Below are positions 54,775 through 64,000 of a stretch of 64,000 bases of DNA, one piece after another (the first letter of the stretch is position 1; each line of letters starts with the position of its first letter). Source of the DNA: Octopus vulgaris (Eukaryota); assembly GCA_951406725.2 (NCBI GenBank), contig OX597815.1, positions 13,330,001-13,394,000 on the forward strand. The letters run 5' to 3'. The notes under the pieces were generated by a model. That model saw only the letters and a program-made list of their open reading frames with translations. It was not told the DNA's origin and ran no database searches. The position numbers were made by a program, and so were the translations under genes.

Positions 54775-55208
54775 CATTTTAAAATATGTTTCAGTACCTT
54801 TTTTTTTTTATCATCCCTAGAGATCCTACAATCACGTGTACTGTAGTCGCCTTGAGATGCCACATTGTTTTCAATTTTTATTAGCAAGTCTTTATATTTA
54901 CAGATCTTGTCAAATTCTTTCTCCGCTATATTGTCATCACAAAGAATACTCATGTCAATTAATAAACCCATCTTTTTTGTCTGATCTTTTATAATAATAT
55001 CCGGTTTATTAACTTTTATAGTCTTGCCGGTCTGTACGCAGAAGTCCCATAGAATCGACACATTTTCACCCTCAGTAACAGCTTCAGGATGGTGTTTATG
55101 CCATTTGTCTGCGGTTTTGATTTTATAATGCCGACATATTGTTCAGTGTAAATAGTGGCCGACTCTGCCATGTCTTGCTTTATATTCTACAGGTGCTAAC
55201 AGTCTACA
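54775..55208 (-). mobile_element. R4/Dong-like RLE fragment, related to the 46260 family
   Basis: LLAPVEYKARHGRVG...HHPEAVTEGENVSILWDFCVQTGKTIKVNKPDIII...LLIDMSILCDDNIAEKEFDKICKYKDLL; preceded by (AAT)n on minus. Confidence 0.88.
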
Positions 55209-55389
<181 letters not shown>

Positions 55390-55891
55390 GAGTGAGAGAG
55401 CAGTTCATGCCATCAAAGTGACACTGGGGTAAAATATACGAAGCCCAATATACCCATCATGACTACCCGTCTGATAAAGGTACACCAGGCACATGCATCA
55501 CAACCATATGTGCGCGACATGGTGATCTCATATCAAGATAAACAGCATATGACCTTGCAGGTGGGGCCCAGTTAGAATTTTCTTAAGGTTGAGTAGCCCA
55601 TCCCGCTCAAACGGTCCCTGAATAAGGGTTGTTTAAGGATTTCCAGAGGTGAACTATTCAAACCCCAAAGAATCCCTCTCAACACATGGCTATGATGCTC
55701 CCCCACTACTTCTGCTCGTGATCAGAGATGCACATATCGTCAGCCACTAAGGGACATGCTCAACTGGTTAAGGTCAAACAACTGACAAGCAAATCTGTGG
55801 TATTGAGCAGAATATTTGCTGTAGCCCATCTTTTATACCAAGACAAAACAATGTACATGATAACACTTCCAATCAGTTAAGATCAGAAGCC

Positions 55892-55892
<1 letters not shown>
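55390..55892. mobile_element. Non-coding interspersed element (family E) embedded in (ATT)n
   Basis: (ATT)n on both sides; homologous copies at 3988 and 63920; no recognisable ORF or tRNA head. Confidence 0.8.
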
Positions 55893-55960
<68 letters not shown>

Positions 55961-56199
55961 CATTACCAGCAAAAAAGACAGCCCGGAGTGCGGCTTTCTC
56001 ATAGCCACTCGATAATATTTCCCCATTTCATTCCCAATTCTTTTAATTTTTGTTGATATTTTACGTCTAATCATTTCTTTGTATAATAGTGCTCACTTGT
56101 TCCTTAAATATTGCTTTCATTATTTTATCAGTCATAATCTCTCTTATTTAAAGTGTCAGTATTTATCATTAATAATTGATAGAACTTATATAGGTGTGC

Positions 56200-56551
<352 letters not shown>

Positions 56552-56825
56552 GGAGGGATGGATCGAGGGACAGAGGGATGGATGGACATACGGATACACA
56601 CACATTCACAGACAGAAAAGTCTGGTGCTGTGAGAATGCATGGGAATGACATTTCCTTACTTTTTCAATTATGCGCAAACTTAGAATGATCTAATATAAC
56701 TATATCATTCATTCTGATCGTGTTGAAATATGCCAAAATAGATTTATTTCACACAAATATATGTTACTTTACATACAATTTATGTGTTAATTCTGATTAC
56801 TGAAACTTGCTAAAAAGCATATTTT

Positions 56826-57800
56826 GCTTTAAAGTAGTATCCCCTATTAGACACAATTGTCAGTAATCGTACTGTTTCCATTTCCCTCAGCCAATATTTT
56901 TACATTAGCCTTCTTTCGAACTCTAGCTAATGCAACATACAGCTTACGATGTGAGAAGAATTGTGTCAGAATATATATTCCTATTTGTTAAAAATTCTGT
57001 CCCTGTGCCTTGATGCACGTCAACGAAATGCCTGGCTTGACACGAAATTGCATGCGTGTAAATGAAAATAGAAATTCTATTTCTTGAGATACATGTGGTA
57101 TTCTTGGGATTAGCAAATTTGATCTGCATAAGGACCAGAAGCAACCTCAACCTCAATAGAATGATCACGGAAACGGACAACGATGTAGTGTGTGCCATTG
57201 CAATGACCATTAGTAGCATCTAAATTTCTCAGAAGTATTAAGCATCGTTCTTTTCTTCAGTCTGAGAAGTTGTGGTGGAAACCCTGATACTGTAAGTTTG
57301 TTGATGAACTCGATTGTGTACAGAATTCTATTATCAACTATATTTGAGTTTCTGTATATTTTTAGCTCACCAGGGATTCTGGTCAACTGAAAATTATCCA
57401 CAAATTGTACTGCTTCATTTGTTGGAGTAACGATGGTCCTATTTGCGACCCACACAGTGTTTGTGAAGTTATTTCTGAGGACAGCATATGCAAAATCACA
57501 TTGATCAGAAAGAGCACCACATTCAAGACAGGTGTAATTGGGTTGTTTGATTTGAATTCACCTAGGCTTTGCTCAACAGAAATGTCAATATTTCCTACAT
57601 CAAGAACGTAATTAGCAAACTCTCTTTCATCAGAATGACCTTCTGTAAGAAGTCATAGATTGGTTGTCAACTCCACTACTTCCACATGATCGCAAAGAAA
57701 AGACGTCTTTAGTGTTGCATCAACAATTTGTGATCTGACGCAATTATTTTCAAGTAGAATATTCTCCTCTCGAGATACCCTAAGCAGTCTGTCGAGTAGC
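56826..57800 (-). mobile_element. Helitron RepHel relic: C-terminal PIF1-family helicase
   Basis: Minus strand RTIVTPTNEAV, YTIEFINKLTVSGFPPQLLRLK, NGHCNGT, LLIPRIP...RMQFRVKPGISLTCIKAQG, IGIY...FSHRKLYVALARV...NCV match PIF1 motifs (QFPxxxAFAxTINKSQGQ; FSHGQLYVALSRV); frameshifted. Confidence 0.92.
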
Positions 57801-58008
57801 GGAAACAGAATCATGTGTAAGTCTTCGGGCTTATTCAGGCATCTGTTTCTGTCGCTTTGCCCTGGTTTCATATCATTCAGTTACCCGTCTTTCTCTCTGA
57901 CGTTGTGCTTTTGCTGCTACATTTTCGTTTTCAGTCGCATATATTTTATTTATTTATTTATTTATTTAGTTTCAGCTCACAAGCTGTGGCCATGCTGGCG
58001 CACCGCCA

Positions 58009-58069
<61 letters not shown>

Positions 58070-59009
58070 GTGTGTGTGTGTGTGTGTGAAAGCTCGTTAG
58101 AACGTTAAAATCTATCTTGTTTAGCGTGCTAGAAATAGCAGCGATCACTTAGTTATTATTGTAAGGCTTATAGCTTTCCATGTAACCATATCAACAAAAT
58201 CACACATACATTTAAAAAAAAAGTTATACTGTTGTGTTAAAGAATTTTCATCTTATCAAAAATATTAATTTACCAAACTGTGGAAACTGATAATAATCTT
58301 GAAATTGTGTCTCGTATCTAAGTTATGCAGCTACTTTGAGTAATGGCATGCATTCTTTCAACAGAAAGTCACTTAAAAATTATACCAATATATTTTAAAA
58401 AATTCATTTTATCAAAAATATCCATTTAACAAACACCGAAAATTGATAAATTGTTTCTCGTATCAAAGTTATATAGCTATTATTAAATTATCATTAATGA
58501 GAGACTGTAGCAAATAAAAACGTAAAATGTTCCCTGCAACGAATTAATAGTGTTTATTATTAAACATTAAAATCTACTCCGCAGTGAATGAAATGAATAT
58601 TTAAATTTGCGAGAATTTGGTGTTCAAAAAAATTCAATAAATTTCAGAAATCGAAATTATAGGCAATTACTTAGAACATGAATTTATAAAAATATTTCCA
58701 GACGATCAGTCACTTAATATTGCTTTCTTTTGGCAATTTTAGTAATTGTTACATACCTAATTAATTAGCAGCTGTCTCTATTATAGCAAAGATTATTACA
58801 AGAAAGATACAAGATATTAAGTAAACCCCAAAAGATTGTTTCGTCTTTCAGAGACATAATATAAAATGACAAACACTGAATGATAAGCAGCCGCAAGGTG
58901 AAAGAAATACCAACAAAAATCTAAAAAGTGGGCCCAGAGAATTTTATTTTGTTTGGTATGAAACGTTCCGTTTAGTCAATGCTGAAATAATCTAAAACAA
59001 TCGAAATAA

Positions 59010-59493
59010 ACAGAGAAAAATTGCTATCGGAACTGAGAAGAGCAGTCTCAAAACTATGACTAAAGCATTCTTCATCACAACATCGAAACAAACGCTTTTA
59101 CCTCGTGTCCACAAAGAAAGGATTCGAAGAAGCAGAACATGTTTTTTACTATCAGAATAAATCAAGACTTGGAAGAACCAAGTAATTACTTTCTAATTAT
59201 TCAGTGTCATTCATAAAGTATTGTGACTTATATACACTGGAAAATATACGAGCGTTATGAAATAGCAACCGAAAAAGAGGGTATACTCTTTTACTCTTTT
59301 ATTTTTTCAGTCATTTGACTGCGGCCATGCTGGAGCACCGCCTTTAATCGAGCAACTCGACCCCGGGACTTATTCTTTGTAAGCCCAGTACTTATTCTAT
59401 CGGTCTCTTATTGCCGAACCGCTAAGTGACGTGGACGTAAACACACCAGCATCGGTTGTCAAGCAATGCTAGGGGGACAAACACAGACACACA

Positions 59494-59531
<38 letters not shown>

Positions 59532-60060
59532 ACAGGCTTCTTTCAGTTTCCGTCTACCAAATCCACTCACAAGGCATTGGTCGGCCCGGGGCTATAGCAG
59601 AAGACATTTGCCCAAGATGCCACGCAGTGGGACTGAACCCGGAACCATGTGGTTGGTTAGCAAGCTACTTACCACACAGCCACTCCTGTAAACATTTTCG
59701 ATAAAGAAAATACAGAAGAAATTTCAGTTTCAGAGAATGACAAAATAACTGCACCCTGGGATATGTTAGTGGATATAGTGAAGGATTTCAGCGCTAATCG
59801 ACCAGATACTGTAGTCAATGACATTTAGGTAAAGAAACAACGCCAAATCCACATATCAATTCTAAAAGTAATGTATTTGTCAATCGTGAAAAGCATTGCA
59901 AAACTCATCCAAATATGATATGGAAATTGAGATAGCCAGAACATAGAACAGACATAATACGTGTAACAATTGGTCTCTTGAGAAATATAAAACTAGAGGG
60001 CAAAAAATATAAAACCAGACCCACAGAACGTACACATATTCACACCATGGAGCAGGATTG
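59010..60060 (+). mobile_element. Highly degenerate R4/Dong-like 3' fragment split by a SINE A insertion
   Basis: Before the SINE: SLKTMTKAFFITTSKQ and YIHWKI; after it: ENDKITAPWDML...ANRPDTVV...DMEIEIAR. Confidence 0.7.
59284..59688 (-). mobile_element. SINE family A
   Basis: Near-identical to the copy at 39031. Confidence 0.92.
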
Positions 60061-61744
60061 AGACACTCTTCACACAAACTTTCTTCCAAATTTTTATAAA
60101 TGCGGCGTTGGTCTTCACAATCTTTCTGTAATTTTTTTCTTCGTCCATGTGTAGAATTCTTGAGAGATATGCAAATTTGCAAATGAATATTAGAACATGT
60201 TACCAAAGCTGAATAACAGACATCACGTTCTCTGTATAGTGTGTCTGTCTTTTTCTGGCCTAACATTCCAAAGATGTTACTAAGCTCTGCAGGTAGACCA
60301 AACGAACAGTTATGACGTGAATTGTATTCCAACCATGAACTTTTCATTTGGTAGCCATAAATGGGACAATCGTTATCTAATTAATAAGGTACGTTTGAAT
60401 GGCGTACCATAGTATTATGGATATTTAGCTATTATTTCTAGCAGTCAAATCGGCGATTTAGTCGCCCTGCATTTTGTTTTACAAAAATATCAATAAAAGG
60501 CAATAATTTATAACGTAGAGTCTTTTATATCTAAAGGACAGTTACATATGTCCAGTTTACCCGATCTCGGTGGAATAAACATATTAAACTGACATAAGTA
60601 CTAGCCCATAACCCTTGTCTGCCAGCTTTTGTTTGCTGACTGTTTTGTTAGTAATGGTTGATGTATAATGTAGCTCATATTGATTTTGCTTCCAGTTTAT
60701 TTCATTCTGATTTGTGTTGCAACGTCTTGTTATTATTTGTTAGTGCAAACACTGAAAGTATTACAAAAATATAATAATGGGATTATAAATTAGCTTTTTT
60801 ATTGTTGCTTATTTTGCATTTTCCTATAATTATTTAATTGATTGCGGAGTCGTATGATCGAAACTTCTAGTTCTGAGAATAACCTCTTTTTATTTCTAAG
60901 GCGTATTCTAAAAATACCCCTGAAATGCCTAGTGTGCCTATCGTTTTAGTGGGATGAGAATTGTGCTAGATGTACCATTGTTTCTGGTGTACAGCTCGCC
61001 ATCAAAACTACCTGGTTATCTTACCCATACAAACTGGTTTCATTTAATAGGCGTCCCTGAAAACATAATTGTTTACAGAGAGCCTAAACTGAATTGCTGA
61101 ATCAACTAAAGATAGTAATACTATAGTCATAAAATACACGTTATCATCTAAAATAAAATCAAGAATAAGGTGGGGTTTTATCAAAGATATAATGCAGTGT
61201 AAATTTATTTTTAAGCAAAGTCTTTTCATTATTACTCTTCTCAGATAGTAGTACCAGGTTTAAACTGCAGCAAACTCTGAAAGTTACTCTTCTTAGTATG
61301 CAGATTAATATTACTGAAAAAAAGAAACGATTAAAAGCACGTCAAAATTGCCCATCGAGATTTTCTTCACCTTTTGTATGGTTACCTAAGTCTATCAGAT
61401 CCACCATATTTGTTCTTTTATTCCTCAATGTATTTGATTCGAGGGAGATTTGGCTACAACTTCTAGCAGTTTGATCAAACTCCTTCTGACTTACTCATTC
61501 ACCTATATTCAATATTACTGCTTATGGATAGAATCACTTATCGTACGTTTATTCTTTTATAACAATGTCGCGATCGTCTACATTGTCAATCAATACGAAG
61601 TTCTTTATTGTCATATCGACAGAAGTTATATTGTTATATTATAATCTGGTATTCAACCCGAGGTCAAAATCATTTTATAATCCTATTTTTACATCTTTTC
61701 TTCAGCTTTCTATTCCTCATTCTACATTTTCGATAGTAAAAATT

Positions 61745-61935
61745 GGCAACTGGGAGACTCGTTAGTAAGTCGAGCTGCAATTTTTACAGCTCTTTATATC
61801 CCGAGTTCAAATTCCACCGAATTCGACACTGCCTTCTATAATTTGAGAGTGGATAAAATAAAGTACCTCTCAAATACTGACTCCATTTTAATTGACTTGC
61901 GCCCATCTTAAAACTGCTGCGTAGTTTGAAGGAAG
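61745..61935 (+). mobile_element. SINE family B, old degenerate copy
   Basis: GAGTTCAAATTCCACCGAATTCGACACTGCCTT...GATAAAATAAAGTACC. Confidence 0.6.
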
Positions 61936-62228
61936 TTTTACTATATATTTTTAAGTGTTAGTGTTATTGTTTTTGTTGTGATAAACATAAAGACGTTTTA
62001 AAATGTTACTAAGTTTTGTGTGTTCGGCCCCTTTTGGCTGCAGCAAAACCAGCACTCTTTGAGATCAGCAGGATAACTGTAATGCTTGCCATTTCGGGAC
62101 GAATTTTGAGGCTTTTTAATAACAAGTCTAAACATTGATATTTATGTATGTATGTATGTATGTATGTATGTATGTATGTATGTATGTATGTATGTATGTA
62201 TGTATGTGTGTGTGTATGTATGTATGTA

Positions 62229-62420
62229 AAGTTAATCAAAACATGAAAACACAAAGGGAAAACACAACAACACGAGGACGTTGAACAAGTATAGTGATAT
62301 TGGACGCTCAGGAAAGGAAAGAAAGAAGGAGAGTTTAACGTTTCGAGCGGAGCTCTTCGTCAGAAACATAGGAAAAGGAAAGATCCAAGGAAGGGAAGAC
62401 GGAGGGAAAAAAAATCACCA
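62229..62420 (-). mobile_element. Short Penelope-pLTR-like element
   Basis: Same layout as 2476-2613; begins at the edge of a (TATG)n tract; contains a hammerhead motif. Confidence 0.6.
62333..62367 (-). ncRNA. Minimal type I hammerhead ribozyme motif
   Basis: Minus strand GTTT-CTGACGA-A-GAGC(tcc)GCTC-GAAAC-GTT-AAAC: intact CUGANGA and GAAA core, 4-bp stems I and II, loopless palindromic stem III (AACGTT). Confidence 0.7.
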
Positions 62421-62701
62421 ACGCTGTCACATATTGAATGTAAGGATACCTGCATGCATGCTTACCTACATATATACAAGACCTATCAAAAGGACGTTTA
62501 ATCATAGTATATATTCAACATTTCTCTACCAATGGCATGGACCTCTCAGAAATTCCGGGTCCTTATTCGCCGTGAATGAAGACCCTTCTTCTTTCTGAAG
62601 GCATATCTCTACGATGTGGTCACTTTGATAAAATATCAAATGTAAAGGGAATACCTGGATATTTTGAGGGATGTTTTGCTTGTGCATTTAATAAGGCGCA
62701 A

Positions 62702-62743
<42 letters not shown>

Positions 62744-62863
62744 GATAGATAGATAGATAGGTAGATAGATAGATATAGATATAGATATCACGTGACAAGT
62801 GACCGACCAGGTTATAATATATTGATCCACATCGCTGGGCACAAAGCCGTTTTGCAACTTATA

Positions 62864-62912
<49 letters not shown>

Positions 62913-63439
62913 GTAATTGTCGAACGATGAAAATGAATGCTCAACACTGCATTGCTAGATGGAATTACTTATCTGTGTGTTGGTTCGTGTGTGTGTATGT
63001 ATGTGTGTGCGTGTGCACGTATGTGAATACTCACACAGTTAATAAGGATTTTTTTCAACATATTTCCCTCTCGGATTCACATATTTATTGCCCCGTAAAA
63101 GAACTCGGATGTTTGGGCCTCCAAGCATACCTTTCGCAACACCCTTAAAGCCAGGAATATTTCAAAACCCCGTCGTATATATGTAGCTTCGCAAATCCAT
63201 GAGTGATGTCCCGTATTCTAGCAGTGCTACCTTCCTAGATTCCCACTAATTTCTCGCTCTTAGAATCAAATCTTTGAACAACATTAGCAATAATGTGAAT
63301 AAGCATAAAAGACAAAGAATATAAAACAAAAAATGTAGATTCATGGCACATGAAAATTTCATCCCTGTTAAGTCCAATACTATTACCAGCAGCACCAATT
63401 AAAATCAAGACATTGCTATTAGCACGTCGAATGTTACTA

Positions 63440-63918
63440 GGTCTACAAATGCTATACGCCAGGATCTAAATAGTTAAGTTAGCGCCTAGTGAATTAAAAT
63501 GTGACAAAGAACCTGCTAACTATACTTAGATTTGGATATTTCAGAATCCATCAGACAAGTAACTCATCTTAAACCTGAGTTGCCATCAACCGACAAGCGC
63601 ACAAATAGACGAAACTGGTGTGCACTAGTCCAGTGCTAGGTATTTGTGTCCTGTTAGAGTTAAGTTGAAAGATGTGTCTCTCACTGAAGTGAATCTATTT
63701 TAAACATTATCCCATGGCAATGCAGACCAGGTGAGGGTGAAGAGACTGGAATTAAACCAGTATCTCGAATCCCAACACATGGGTTGCATCGTCAGAGCTA
63801 AACTATTCGCAATGGGTTGCGAAGGAATCAAGGCCGCTGGATGGGCCCGAGTGGTGTAAACTCAACGTGGAAATGATTCCATAATTCGATCTTTGTTAAA
63901 TCATCAAGGTGGTATACC
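63440..63918 (+). mobile_element. Tx1/L1-type ORF2 relic (endonuclease-RT linker)
   Basis: 63719-63915 translates as LELNQYLESQHMGCIVRAKLFAMGCEGIKAAGWARVV*TQRGNDSIIRSL, resembling GxxIRSR...EGEK...EKxR....IxxL; upstream boundary uncertain. Confidence 0.55.
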
Positions 63919-63919
63919 A

Positions 63920-64000
63920 TATATCTGCTTGTCAGTTGTTTGACCTTAACCAGTTGAGCATGTCCCTTAGTGGCTGACGATGCGTGCATCTCTTATCATG
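63920..64000. repeat. Family E element, opposite orientation to 55390, runs off the window
   Basis: GCTTGTCAGTTGTTTGACCTTAACCAGTTGAGCATGTCCCTTAGTGGCTGACGAT is the reverse complement of 55736-55790. Confidence 0.85.

Noticed and set aside
59880-60347. 155-aa minus-strand ORF
   Set aside because: Its C-terminal half is antisense to an RLE relic; no recognisable domain or splice support
62022-62040. Resemblance to the U2 snRNA 5' end (TCGGCC..TTTTGGCT)
   Set aside because: Only ~14 nt with an insertion; the branch-point recognition sequence and Sm site are absent

Overview
This is AT-rich eukaryotic repeat DNA. The SINE families and the density of (TA)n, (CA)n, (AAT)n and (GATA)n tracts suggest an octopus/coleoid cephalopod genome (inferred from memory, not from a search). 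I found no host protein-coding exon, functional tRNA/rRNA gene or CRISPR array; most listed ORFs are microsatellite or antisense artefacts. The window is layered mobile DNA. It holds about 25 tRNA-derived SINE copies in four families, ten pieces of R4/Dong-like restriction-like-endonuclease (RLE) non-LTR retrotransposons, two Penelope-like GIY-YIG relics, two mariner relics, a Helitron helicase relic, non-autonomous Helitron and Helentron elements, a Tx1-like relic and a degenerate ~330-bp tandem array. The most notable features are (i) RLE 3' ends from several families stacked co-directionally in (AAT)n tracts at 44.2-46.9 kb and 53.9-56.0 kb, two retaining open endonuclease-only frames, and (ii) short non-coding elements carrying hammerhead-ribozyme motifs, including a 65-bp fold-back at 30.34-30.48 kb and a tRNA-headed SINE with a decayed hammerhead-like 3' part. 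Coordinates of degenerate relics are approximate.
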